From positions 496,001-560,000 of the forward strand of contig BAAIJX010000008.1 of the NCBI GenBank assembly GCA_054600435.1: DNA of 64,000 nt, in the 5' to 3' direction. Under the pieces are notes generated by a model. That model was not told the DNA's origin, searched no databases, and worked only from the letters and a program-made list of their open reading frames with translations. Of this stretch, positions 50,330 through 60,879 are shown piece by piece. The stretch is from Neophaeotheca triangularis (taxonomy: Eukaryota). A program made the position numbers and the translations under genes. Position 1 is the stretch's first letter; every line of letters begins with the position of its first letter.

Positions 50330-53300
50330 TCAGCTATCATCCACCAATTTCCTCGCCTCAAAAGCCCTCTTAGCATCCCTCTGCAACACATCGAAATCGC
50401 CACTCATCTCACACATGCCCCTGAAAATGCCCTTCTCCTTCTCGACCAAATCACAAGGATCGCCGTATTCAACCACCTCGCCCTTGTCCAAGACAAGCAC
50501 TTTATCATAATCGATAATCGTCTGCAAGCGATGCGCGATAGTGATGGTGGTGTTGCGGATCTCGCGGATCGTTTCCTGGATTTTGCTGTCGGTCGCGTAG
50601 TCAATGCTCGCGGTGGCTTCGTCCATGAGGAGAACTTTAGGGGCTTTGAGGAGAGCGCGGGCGAGGCAGAGAAGTTGGCGTTGGCCTTGGGAGAGATTGG
50701 AGCCGGATTCGGCGACGGCCGAGGAGAGGTTGCGGAAGAGGTTTTTGTTTTCGATTGGCGGTGGGGTGGAGGGGGTGGTGGAGGCTTCTTGGGCGGCTGA
50801 GGAGCGAGAGGCTTGAGTTTGTTTGGCTGTGGTTGGTGAGGAGGGGTTGGAAGTGCTTGCGCCGTTAACAGGCGTGCTAGGTCGGGAGTTAGCGGCTGAA
50901 GGGGCGCCAACGAGCTGTACGCGGCGGAGGGCCGTGAAGATTTCCTCGTCAGTGAAGAGGCCGAAGGGGTCAAGGTTCGATCGGATGGTACCGGTGAAGA
51001 GCGTAGGGTCCTGCGGTACCATGACGATGTTCTCGCGCAGATCTTGCAACCCAATGAGGCCGATGTCGACATCATCGACCAAGATCTTGCCTTGTTCTGC
51101 CTCGAGTGCTCTGAAGAGAGCGAGAGCCAAGGAACTCTTGCCTGCACCTGTTCTGCCCACGATACCGACCTTTTCGCCCGGCTGGATCTTGAATGTGAGG
51201 CCCTTGAGCACGTAGTCAAAATCCTCGCGATACCGTGTCGAGTAGTCAATAAACTCGACCGCTCCCTTGCTCGGCCAGTCGGCGTCGGGACGGTTCTCGG
51301 GAACAATGAGAGCGGCTTCTTGGTCCACGTCGAGGTATTCCTTGATACGCTCCACGCAGTTCATGTTCTGTTCATTACTGGCGTACAGGCGAACGAACCA
51401 GAGTACGTTCTCTGTGAAAGTGACAGCGTAGGTCATGGCCAGACCAGCGGCGCCTGCATCGATGGTGCCAACGCTCAAGACGACGAAGACGCCGGTGAAG
51501 AATGACACAAGCGCTCCCACCACATCAACACGGAACGCTAGCCAACGGTTCGCGGCCCACAGATAGATGAAAGGCCGGCTGTGAGTGTTGACCTTTTGTA
51601 AGTTCTCGCGGATGAAACGGCGCTCATCGCCATAGGCTCGGATAGTGGTCATGCCAGAAAGGGTTTCACCAAACTGCTGGTAAAGTGGACTGCGCTGCAC
51701 AGACTCTAGTCTCTTCAGATCGCGAGAAGAGTTGATGTAGAACTTCCCGATCATGAAGTACAGGATCGTGATGAAGAAACCCGCGATCAAGAACGCTGGA
51801 GTGATGACTGAAATCAAGATTACAATCGTGACGATGGAAGCAAGGCAATGCACCACACCGACGGCGACGGGAGCGGTTTCCTGGTCGATTCCTTCAATAT
51901 CCCTGGAAAAGCGGTTCATGATCTGGCCCAAAGGAGTTGAGTCGAAGAAGCGGAATTTTGCGCGGGTGACGTTTTCCATGAGTTGGCGATGAATGCGCTT
52001 GGATGCTGCCAGTGAGCCGCCGAAAAGCACGCCTTCCCGTAACAATGTGATGACCATGAACGCAACGCCCAAAACGGCATACACGCTGAGGTAGTAAGCG
52101 ACGTCCACGTCTTGTGAAGCAACAGCAGCAGCATATTCCTTTGAAGCATATGTGGAGCTGAAAGGCAGACCCATGATGCAAGAGCCGCTGCGCAGGCAGT
52201 TGTACGAGCCGGAGATACCGCCTCGTAGATGCGTCAGGGGCGACTGCGAGTGCATATCCATGGTACTGATTTCCTGCCGGTTGGTGTACGCATTCGCCCA
52301 AGTGCGGATCCACACATTGGTGGAGACTTGGCTCACCTGCTGCAAGATAAACATCACCGCAGCAAGCGTCCAGTAAAACCAGCCGCCCATGGACTTCAAA
52401 TATTGCGAGATGATGGTCAACTTGACGCCGCCAGTGGCTTTGCTTTCCTTGCCTGCACCATTATCGTCGTCTACTGCCTTGTTCATGCCCGGGATATCTT
52501 TGGATATAGTTCTCGTCAACGGGTCATCAGTCGGGATGCCGTTGGCATCTTCACCAGGTGCCTGCAGGTGACTATTTCCCGTCGGCATGCTACTGAGCGC
52601 CTCATCGCCACCAATTGCCGAAGGCACGCGGGATGGGAGGGTGGAAGGCGCTGTTGAGCTTGGTTTCGATTCGAATTTCGACATGTCTTCCGCGAGCTTG
52701 CCAGAGGTGATGACTTCCTGAGCAGATCCTTGCACTGTTGCACGGCCATTGTCCAGTACCACAGCAAAGGCTGCTCGAGGCAGGCACAGGCTAGCGTTGT
52801 GTGTAACCAAAATGCAAGTCCTGTTGTACATCAGTGGCCCCATGAGCGCTTTGTCGAATATCCATTTCGCGGTGTGAGCGTCCACGGCACTGAGCACATC
52901 ATCCATCAAAACATGTCGTGCGTTGCAGTAGAGTGCTCGTGCAAGACTAATGCGCTGCTTCTGGCCACCGGAGAGGGTCACGCCCTTCTCGCCGACGAGG
53001 GTCTGATCGCCTCCGTCCAGAATCTCGAGATCGCGTTGCAGGGAGCATGCTACAATAACATTCTTGTAACGCCGAGCATCGAACTTGCTGGCGAAGAGAA
53101 TGTTCTCCTTGATCGTACCGTTGACAAGCCAGGCCTGCTGCGCGCAGTATGCAACACTTTCAGTTAGGCCAGTCTCAGGATCCACTTTCAGATCTTCGCG
53201 ACTACGTCCACCGGGCAGATAGACCGATCCTTCGACCAGAGACATTTCACCCAACAAAGCCATAAGCAGTGATGTCTTGCCGCTTCCAGTAGGACCGATG

Positions 53301-55486
53301 ACAACGTTTAGCTGCCCAACCTTGAAATGCATGTCCATGTCCAGCATCTTGAAATCTTCACTATCCTTGTCGCCACCCCAGCTGAATGTGCAGTTGTCAA
53401 AACCTAGCAAGGGATCCCCGTTCTCATCGAGCTCATTCGTCTCCAATTGATTGTATTTGTCAGTTTCCGCCTCGTTGAGATACTCCTCGACACGATCGAC
53501 TGAGACTTTCGACTCCTGAACGTGTGCGACCATGTCCGCCAGCTGGTCGAGCGGGATTCGCAGCAGACTAAACAGCGAAAGCGCCGTGAAAGCGACCGAC
53601 GGCACGAGCTCTTTCTTTTCAACAACAGTGTAAACGAGGAAAGTGAGAAACGTGATCAAAACCGGGGCGCCTGACCAGACAGTAGCTGCGAGGGCCCAGA
53701 TAATGTAACGATTCCGCAAGTGCACGAGTTCGATCGCTCGCTTCTCATCCACGGCGCCGAGGAAGCGCTGTTCCCAGGCGAAGTATTTGATGATGCGAAT
53801 GTTAGTCAGTACCTCGTTGGTGGTGTGAATACGGGCGTCTGTGGCTGCCAGGATCTTCTTTTGCACAGTGGCGAACTTCTTCGCAATTACCATGTTGACA
53901 GGTAAGAGGAGAGCCATCATTCCGATGCCAACGATTGACGAGTATCCAAGGAATTCGTACAGCAGGTAGATCGCCAGAGCGAATTGCACAGGGGTCTCGG
54001 CCCAGAGAAAATGCAAGTATGCGCTAATCTCAGAGACCTTGAAGGAATCGACGGCCATGAGGTTAATGATAGCACCAGACGTGACTTGCGAATCGTCGAC
54101 TGGCGCTTCTTGCTTTGCGCCGTCCGCTTTGGTAGTATCAGACTTCTTCTTGCGCCCAAAAGACAGAATCTTCTTGAAGAAACCAGGCTCCGGCTCATCG
54201 CTATCCTTTTTCTCGTTTTGCTGGCCAAGCACCTTATCAGTTCCTGCCGCCGCTCTACGCCTGAGCGCTTTTGCGTAAATTTCACCTATAATGATGGCCC
54301 TCAAGCGGATGCACACCTTCCTCCCACACCACAGAGCCTGCCCGTTTGAAAGCGCATTGACGCAGCCAGAGACAAACAACAGGATCACGTAAAGCCATGC
54401 TGCGTTCTTTGGCGTAGAAAGGGGATCCTCAACGTACTCGAGAATGACTTTGAGCAGCAGAGTTGGCGCAAAAGTGATCATACCACCAATTGCGGCCCAC
54501 AAGGCTTGTATGATGAGGCCGCGTTTGAAGTACTTCAGAAGATGCCATGCAAGGATCGTGGTTTTCTTCAACTGACGGTAGTCTGCGAGAATCGCAGCAG
54601 CTTTGTCCTTCGGCGCCAGATTCCAGACTTTGGTCATCTCAAAAGTGTGTTTGTAACCGTGCCATACTATGGGATCGACCCAGGAGAACGTTGCGAGGGA
54701 GAGAACGCTCGCTAGTGGCTCTCTGCTGGGTTCGATGCCGTCCTCGTACTGCAAAGTAACGGGCCTATTTCCCTTTCGCGAGGTAAGAGCGATCAAGCCC
54801 AGCAGTGTTGTCAGAGCAAAGTGCGCATAAGTCAAGCTCTGCGCGTGTTGAGATCTCGGGTGAATGATTTCGGACCTGAAGATGAGGATCGCACAGAACC
54901 ATTGAAAAATGTAGAGGAAAGCCGTATGATACCAAAGCTTGCCAAAGGAAAACTTGAGGTAGGTGGTGAAAAGCAGGCGGAAGGTCGTCAAAGCCGCAAT
55001 GTATCCCCAGACGACCAGCCCAGCAATGGACGCAATATCTCCTTTGCGACCCAGAGCGTGCAATGCCAACCCTGCAATCTGAACACCGAGCTCTCCCAAA
55101 ACAGCCAACTCTTCTACTACCAAAATCGCAGTTTCTCCGGTCGGACGATGAACGTTCACGGTGGAGTTGTCCGAATGGCTCTTCTTGGGTTGCAGCGCGA
55201 GTTCCTCGTTGCGCTCGAGCTCAGCTTCCGTTGCCTCGCTGTCATCGCTGCCTCCATCGTATCGCTGTCCATCTATTCTTCCATTACCGTCCCACACGTG
55301 GTTCTTAAGCACTTCGTATCCATCTACCCGATGCTTCTTTGCTGTGATTTTCAAAACCTGGTAGATCAAGCAGAACCCTGAGAGGGCAGTCGCGATGAGC
55401 GGAAATAAGGTCTGCAGGTAATCCTCCTGGAAGCATCTCGAAAAGTCATCGGAGCCCCATATGTCCCCTCCACAGTGCGCGAACAT
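50330..55486 (-). CDS. YBT1: ABCC/MRP transporter, Ybt1/Bpt1-like (bile acid/phosphatidylcholine vacuolar transporter), intron-free, ~1718 aa
   Basis: NBD1 GPTGSGKTSLLMALLGEM and LSGGQKQRISLARA; NBD2 GRTGAGKSS and NLSQGQRQLLCLARA..DEATASIDY. First ATG is at 55486. Confidence 0.88.
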   Translation of the reverse strand: MFAHCGGDIWGSDDFSRCFQEDYLQTLFPLIATALSGFCLIYQVLKITAKKHRVDGYEVLKNHVWDGNGRIDGQRYDGGSDDSEATEAELERNEELALQPKKSHSDNSTVNVHRPTGETAILVVEELAVLGELGVQIAGLALHALGRKGDIASIAGLVVWGYIAALTTFRLLFTTYLKFSFGKLWYHTAFLYIFQWFCAILIFRSEIIHPRSQHAQSLTYAHFALTTLLGLIALTSRKGNRPVTLQYEDGIEPSREPLASVLSLATFSWVDPIVWHGYKHTFEMTKVWNLAPKDKAAAILADYRQLKKTTILAWHLLKYFKRGLIIQALWAAIGGMITFAPTLLLKVILEYVEDPLSTPKNAAWLYVILLFVSGCVNALSNGQALWCGRKVCIRLRAIIIGEIYAKALRRRAAAGTDKVLGQQNEKKDSDEPEPGFFKKILSFGRKKKSDTTKADGAKQEAPVDDSQVTSGAIINLMAVDSFKVSEISAYLHFLWAETPVQFALAIYLLYEFLGYSSIVGIGMMALLLPVNMVIAKKFATVQKKILAATDARIHTTNEVLTNIRIIKYFAWEQRFLGAVDEKRAIELVHLRNRYIIWALAATVWSGAPVLITFLTFLVYTVVEKKELVPSVAFTALSLFSLLRIPLDQLADMVAHVQESKVSVDRVEEYLNEAETDKYNQLETNELDENGDPLLGFDNCTFSWGGDKDSEDFKMLDMDMHFKVGQLNVVIGPTGSGKTSLLMALLGEMSLVEGSVYLPGGRSREDLKVDPETGLTESVAYCAQQAWLVNGTIKENILFASKFDARRYKNVIVACSLQRDLEILDGGDQTLVGEKGVTLSGGQKQRISLARALYCNARHVLMDDVLSAVDAHTAKWIFDKALMGPLMYNRTCILVTHNASLCLPRAAFAVVLDNGRATVQGSAQEVITSGKLAEDMSKFESKPSSTAPSTLPSRVPSAIGGDEALSSMPTGNSHLQAPGEDANGIPTDDPLTRTISKDIPGMNKAVDDDNGAGKESKATGGVKLTIISQYLKSMGGWFYWTLAAVMFILQQVSQVSTNVWIRTWANAYTNRQEISTMDMHSQSPLTHLRGGISGSYNCLRSGSCIMGLPFSSTYASKEYAAAVASQDVDVAYYLSVYAVLGVAFMVITLLREGVLFGGSLAASKRIHRQLMENVTRAKFRFFDSTPLGQIMNRFSRDIEGIDQETAPVAVGVVHCLASIVTIVILISVITPAFLIAGFFITILYFMIGKFYINSSRDLKRLESVQRSPLYQQFGETLSGMTTIRAYGDERRFIRENLQKVNTHSRPFIYLWAANRWLAFRVDVVGALVSFFTGVFVVLSVGTIDAGAAGLAMTYAVTFTENVLWFVRLYASNEQNMNCVERIKEYLDVDQEAALIVPENRPDADWPSKGAVEFIDYSTRYREDFDYVLKGLTFKIQPGEKVGIVGRTGAGKSSLALALFRALEAEQGKILVDDVDIGLIGLQDLRENIVMVPQDPTLFTGTIRSNLDPFGLFTDEEIFTALRRVQLVGAPSAANSRPSTPVNGASTSNPSSPTTAKQTQASRSSAAQEASTTPSTPPPIENKNLFRNLSSAVAESGSNLSQGQRQLLCLARALLKAPKVLLMDEATASIDYATDSKIQETIREIRNTTITIAHRLQTIIDYDKVLVLDKGEVVEYGDPCDLVEKEKGIFRGMCEMSGDFDVLQRDAKRAFEARKLVDDS

Positions 55487-56421
55487 GACCACGCTTTTGC
55501 CCCAGTGCGCGCCAGGATCGTTTGATGAGGTTCGTGAAGGATGATGTTTGATGAACCGTATCTAAAGCAGAAACATGGTCTAAAGGAGCGTGTCGCAACG
55601 AGGGGGTGGGGTGATGGGGTGTCGTGTATGGGCAAAGGTGAAGATGAAGGTGCGGAGGCAGGCAGGTAGGTAGGCAAGTAGGTATGATGAGCGTTCGTTG
55701 ATGGAGCCGCCGCAGGTGCTATGACCGCAATAAATTGGCTTTTCAAAGGCAAAAACCGTTTCTGAACCCTAATCGGGTATAGCAGCGGGCCACGCGAGCT
55801 CTTGGGTCGGCGATGTCGGATAACAGCAACGGCGAACTACTTTACGACTCAACTAGTACCTTAGCTCGCTTTTCGGCCCTGTCGTTGTAATTTGAGTGAT
55901 ATTGAGATTACGGGGGGAATAATGAGCATTACCCTGTCATCAAGGCTCTAGCCTCGACATATTGTTACAGACGACAATCTATGTCGGACTATGCGAGACC
56001 TTGTCATGCAGTGAAAGCCTGCACACTTGTCGCGCGGGGAGCACAGTGACACCTCATGCCTTTAGTTTGAAACAATCACACAGCCCTACCCTCCCGAGTA
56101 ATATCACCATATCCCTGCTGTCAGGCCTCTAATGGATGGAAAGTGCTCGGAGCTTTGCTGGCCCGCCGATCGATGGGCATTTTAGCGGTCTTAAAGCTGC
56201 TAGAGGCCATCGATGCTGATGGCACCTTAGAATAGAAAGCCTCGTGTCAATTATGCAGCCACAAGCCCGCCGCAGACGAGAATCTTCGCTTGAGCACTCG
56301 GGAGGAGTTATGTCTTGCTTCGCTTCGCTGGGGGTTCGCTTCAACGGTGACTGTTCCGCAAACCGCCAATCCCGCATGATGACTCCGAGGCTTACGGAGG
56401 ATGCATCATGGCATCTGGGCT

Positions 56422-57465
56422 CTATGCATTGTTGAGACTTTTCTTGGGCGGCGGACTCATCATCGTCTTCTGCCTATCGGCATATTCCTTCACGATGATA
56501 CTGCAACTGACCTCCTGGCACAGCTTCTTCCTCTTCGCAGGTTCTAGCAACCCAGCAAATTCCAACCCCGTAGCCCTCTCTACCGCTTCCATAGGTACCT
56601 CAAAGTCCTGCAGCCTCTTGTCGTTCGGAATGCGATCATTCGGCAGCACAAAAGCAGCCAAGCTCACGTTGCCATTCGGCTTTCCATCCTCGGCGAAAAT
56701 GACCTTGTAGAAATGCGTAGGCACTGCGATGTTGGGTGGGTGTCCAATAACCTCGTACGAGACGCGCCATTTGCCATCCGCTTCTCTTTTCGGTAGATAC
56801 AGCGGGCCGGTTACAATCCGCACCGATGGGTAGAAAGAGGTAAGCCTTCGGCAAAAGTCCTCAAAGTGTGCCCAGTAGTCTCTGTTGAAGCCCTCCCCAA
56901 CTTGTGGGCACATGTTGCTCAGTGCGAAAGTCGAATCCATGGCTTCTTGGCTCCATTTCGCGTCGGCTGCTGGGACTTGGTGTCCGCGATCGTAGCCACT
57001 GCGGAAGTAGTCCTTCAGCTTGCCGCGGAACTTTTCGGGGATGGAGAGGTCTTCGGCAAAGGTCGAGTGCCGCCTGTCGCCGTTCGAGATTAGTAGAGAT
57101 GCCGGCGTGATGTGCTCAGCTACCCAGTTTGGGTTGCGGGTTGCGCGGTTGAAGGACGAGGTTAGCGAGGCGGCGGCGCGGAGGTCTGAGACTGGGCCAG
57201 GGAAGCCGTAGGCGAATAGCCCAGAGGGATCGACCGGAGGAACGGCGGGAGCTTTGGGGCGGCCGTCGTAAGTAGCGGGCGGCAGTGGAGAGGTTCGAGA
57301 GGGGTCTGAAGGCTTCGGTGTTGGGAGAGGTACAGTGTTTGTTGGCTGCTGTCGTCTAGCAGGTCCAAACAGAGCTGCGCTGGCTGCTGCTCCCGCAGCG
57401 GCCGAGCCTGCTGCCACCAAGGCTAGAGTGAACTTGCTCATGCTTGCTGAGGAAGAGGGTGGCAT
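56422..57465 (-). CDS. NUC1: Mitochondrial DNA/RNA non-specific endonuclease (EndoG/Nuc1)
   Basis: YGFPGP, RNPNWVAEH, catalytic YDRGHQVPAAD and NMCPQVGEGFNRDYWAHFE. Confidence 0.95.
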   Translation of the reverse strand: MPPSSSASMSKFTLALVAAGSAAAGAAASAALFGPARRQQPTNTVPLPTPKPSDPSRTSPLPPATYDGRPKAPAVPPVDPSGLFAYGFPGPVSDLRAAASLTSSFNRATRNPNWVAEHITPASLLISNGDRRHSTFAEDLSIPEKFRGKLKDYFRSGYDRGHQVPAADAKWSQEAMDSTFALSNMCPQVGEGFNRDYWAHFEDFCRRLTSFYPSVRIVTGPLYLPKREADGKWRVSYEVIGHPPNIAVPTHFYKVIFAEDGKPNGNVSLAAFVLPNDRIPNDKRLQDFEVPMEAVERATGLEFAGLLEPAKRKKLCQEVSCSIIVKEYADRQKTMMSPPPKKSLNNA

Positions 57466-57694
57466 TCAGGGAGAGGACAAGGAGGTCCAAGGAGGACCTG
57501 TCGGATCTTTTATCTGAGCCCTGCCGCCCGGTGCAACCGTCACGCCAGAGAACCTAGTCACGAACATGAATGTTTCAGTTTTAGGCTCTCGGCTTGAACG
57601 ACACGCGCCGAGACGCGCGCGGTAGATGGGCGCTAGCGGCCCTTCCCTTTGAGTTGCGTCCGTGCGTATGCCTACCTTCTGTGGTGTCTTCTAA

Positions 57695-57743
57695 CCTCAC
57701 CTCACCTCAACCTCACCTCAACCTCACCTCAACCTCACCTCAC
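57695..57743. repeat. (CTCAC/CTCAAC)n array upstream of NUC1
   Basis: CCTCACCTCACCTCAACCTCACCTCAAC... visible directly. Confidence 0.85.
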
Positions 57744-58929
57744 AGGGCTCGCCATGGCCTCACTGTGCTTGAGAATGTCACCCCAATCGCATCGATGCCA
57801 CTTCAACAGGGCGTTTGTGTGTCCAGACGGCGGCCACGGAGCTAACGGAGTTGGGGTCTTCTCAAAAACTTGGCGTTGAAAAGCGATGAACCCAAACTCT
57901 AACCCTCCGAACGGTGCAGATATCCCCCTACAATTGATATCATGGCCTTCAAGTCGCGCGTGCAATGTGTTTCACGAACTTGACCTTGTGGAAGTTCTCT
58001 CTGGATGTTGCGCCTCTCGTGGCGTTCGGTTGGAGTCCGCTGGATGGCTGCTGCCTTGTTTGGCCGATTGTGGGTTGCGCTTATCCATTGATAAGTATAG
58101 TAATTCTTTGGTTCTCTGACTTCTCTTCCACCCTAAGCAAGCAACCCGAATGAACACCTCACGCGCCATAGCCCTTCATTGGAAAACAAACACCGCTGCG
58201 GTTGGTAGAATTACCCAGCCACCACGTGCGCAGAGTGAGATACTGGGCATTACGTTGACTTGACAGAGAAGTAATTGGCCTGTCGACCACGAGACTACCC
58301 ACGATCGCAACTGGATTCTCCACCTCCTACGGCCGGCGATAAGCTTGGCTTGAGTCTACATTATTCGGCATCGATCCGGTTCCGGTTAGAGCTGAGCTCT
58401 TCCACCCGTCGCTCACGAGGAGCTTACGACGAAGAATGACCTGCTCACAATGCTTCCAGTTCAGAGAGCTGTGGCTCCAGGCTCTGCTCGTGATCTGCAA
58501 CTCAACATTCACGCAAAGTACCCTCGTTATCAATGTCACCTGCCAGAAGCAGTCACAGACTTTGAAAGCCTTTATATTTGGCTCCTTGCAATCATGGCGT
58601 CCTTCTCCCTTTCCACTCGCCAACCGACCCTCCAACCAACTCTCGAATCAACTGCTTCGACTACTTCCACTCCCTCACACCAACGACCTCCTCTACCAAC
58701 CTACCGGCCCAACCAATTCCAACCACAAATCTTAGGTATCTCCAAACCTCGGGCTTGTTCAGTTCGATCGGACCATCCATACATGTGCCCCTTTTGGCAG
58801 CAGTTTGAGCAAATCGAGCCCCTTTCTAATTTTGAACTCCCAGCTAATCGGCCAATCCTCTACCGGTCTTACTACTATCACCCGTCAAACCCACTCTTGC
58901 CGATCCCCTGTCTCGTCACCTTCGGCACA

Positions 58930-60225
58930 ATGGACACCAAGCCTGTGGTCATCGGCTCCAAGTCTTCGTTTGCCAACAAGCAAGCGAAAGGCAAATCTCG
59001 CCAGACTTCACTCGAGCTGGTCGACGTCTATGTGGGAGTCGAGTTCGTAGGCACCAGGAGCCAAAGGCTACTCACCCGATTCTCGACTGAGGCCAAAAAG
59101 CAACTACCTCAGTTCGACAAGAACAAGAAGGCAGCTGATAGCGCCAACGCGACGACCGCCACCTCTAACACAACCGAAGCCAAGACGCAGGCTGATTCCA
59201 AGTCTGATGAATCGATCGAGTCCCAGGTGTTCGAGTCGAAAATTACCGCCAAGGCCACGGGCGCCATTGTCCCGCTGATAACTGATGAACCCTCTTCGAC
59301 TGAAGTCGGCAGCATTCCAGTAACGCCCTCCGTCACCATCAGCTTTCCTACGAAGTACGTCCAACCCAGCAAGGAGGCCCTCAGCCAGTGCTTGTTGTGG
59401 ATGGACATGAACAAAATGATCCATGGCGAAGGCCAGAGGCTCTACGACTTCCACGCCCCGAAGAATCCAAACTTCCCCTTCGCCAAGCTCGTCGACCTCT
59501 ATGCGGCAACCATCGCCATCGGCCTTCGTCCCGCCGCCAAAGCGCTACGCCAAGTAATCATGGACCGCCTCACCACGACCGCTCCCAAGGTGCAAGAGAT
59601 CAGATGCATTTACGAGCGCCTTCCGATGGTTCCAAATGGCGGCGACAAACGCGAGCCCCTCTTCACGCGCCTTGTAACCTCTTTCAACAGGTACGCCGAG
59701 CAGGACATGTACGACTCGGACCAGTTCGAGGCTGTCAAGACTTACGTGACGGGCCCGGACCGGAACGATCTCCGGCTGCTGTTCAACAGCATCTCTGAAA
59801 GTCGTAAGCGCGCAGCGCAAAAGGCACGCAGGAAGGAGGAGGCCGAGCAAGCCGAGTCTAGGATGGAAGAAGATTTGGCTGCTTTTGGCGGTATGACGGT
59901 CAAGGAGCTGAAAGGCAACCCTAAGCCCTCGGAGGTCATGGATGGGCGTGGTATCGAGGAGCTGAAAGGCAACCCTGAGTCCTCGGAGGTCGCGGATGGG
60001 CGTGGTGTCAAGGATGCTGCTGTGAAGGCCGATACTGTCGGAGAGGAAATTATGATTGTGGTGTCTGCTGGCAAAGGGCCGGTGGAGGCTGGACCCAGCA
60101 AGACACAGGAGACAGTCGTCTCTACCGGTCGCGCTGTCGGTGGCGGTAACGAGAAGCGCAGGCGTTACCGTAGGAACCAGAAGGCCAAGGCGGAGAAGGC
60201 TGCACAGGAGGCAAAGGAGGGCTAG
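58930..60225 (+). CDS. Hypothetical protein, possibly a degenerate BTB/POZ-like fold; start uncertain (58594 or 58930)
   Basis: Long ORF with coding-like composition from MDTKP. Spaced motifs LVDVYVG..LLTRFS, EALSQCLLWM and LVDLYAA resemble fungal BTB proteins; 54-bp tandem duplication near the C-terminus. Confidence 0.7.
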   Translation: MDTKPVVIGSKSSFANKQAKGKSRQTSLELVDVYVGVEFVGTRSQRLLTRFSTEAKKQLPQFDKNKKAADSANATTATSNTTEAKTQADSKSDESIESQVFESKITAKATGAIVPLITDEPSSTEVGSIPVTPSVTISFPTKYVQPSKEALSQCLLWMDMNKMIHGEGQRLYDFHAPKNPNFPFAKLVDLYAATIAIGLRPAAKALRQVIMDRLTTTAPKVQEIRCIYERLPMVPNGGDKREPLFTRLVTSFNRYAEQDMYDSDQFEAVKTYVTGPDRNDLRLLFNSISESRKRAAQKARRKEEAEQAESRMEEDLAAFGGMTVKELKGNPKPSEVMDGRGIEELKGNPESSEVADGRGVKDAAVKADTVGEEIMIVVSAGKGPVEAGPSKTQETVVSTGRAVGGGNEKRRRYRRNQKAKAEKAAQEAKEG

Positions 60226-60879
60226 AGGCTTGATCACCTCTACCTGAGCGGTACCTTTCTCAATTTGCCATATCGACGATCAGTCAGGGATTTTCTGGCG
60301 GCGGTCGAGCGCTCCCCATCCAACAAGAACCTGAGGCCCAGCGGAGCTTTGGGAAGCTTGAGAGCACCGGAAGTAGGCTCCATCTGCTCTCAGAAGGTGC
60401 CGAGATCCCTTTCGATTGATGCGAATGCTGGGGGCGCGTTTTCCCAAGGGGAGAAAGGTTTCTTTGGTCATGATACCCGGGGTTGCAAATTGCACTCTTC
60501 TTCCTAGCTCCTCCCGGGTAAGCTATAGTTGAGCAGCTGGTCTTGATTTCTTGTACTTCATGTCCAGCATTTTGTCATTATGCCGGGCCATCTAGCTAGT
60601 CAAACGATGCTCAAACTCCTATTATCCAAACATTACTCAAATATGCGCTCTTTGAAATTGCAAAGCTAGGGCTAACATTATAAGTATATATGTGTAAAAA
60701 TGGAATGATTAAGGCAAGTCGCAACTACCAACCCACTCATTCGTCAGTCTGGAAACCAAGTAGCACGTAAGCACTTAGCAGCACAAGCATCTCGAGACTC
60801 GGGAAGCCCATGTAGTGGCCAGCGACTCGAACGGGGGTGTCGCTAAAACAACTCTATCATACAAACACCTATGGCCCCA

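Noticed and set aside
16727..55381. Numerous antisense and alternate-frame ORFs within DRS2, SAC3 and the ABC transporters
   Set aside because: Shadow ORFs expected from GC-rich codon usage.
58450..58929. N-terminal 160 codons of ORF 58450-60225
   Set aside because: Pyrimidine-rich, UTR/intron-like sequence; coding character is convincing only from about 58930.
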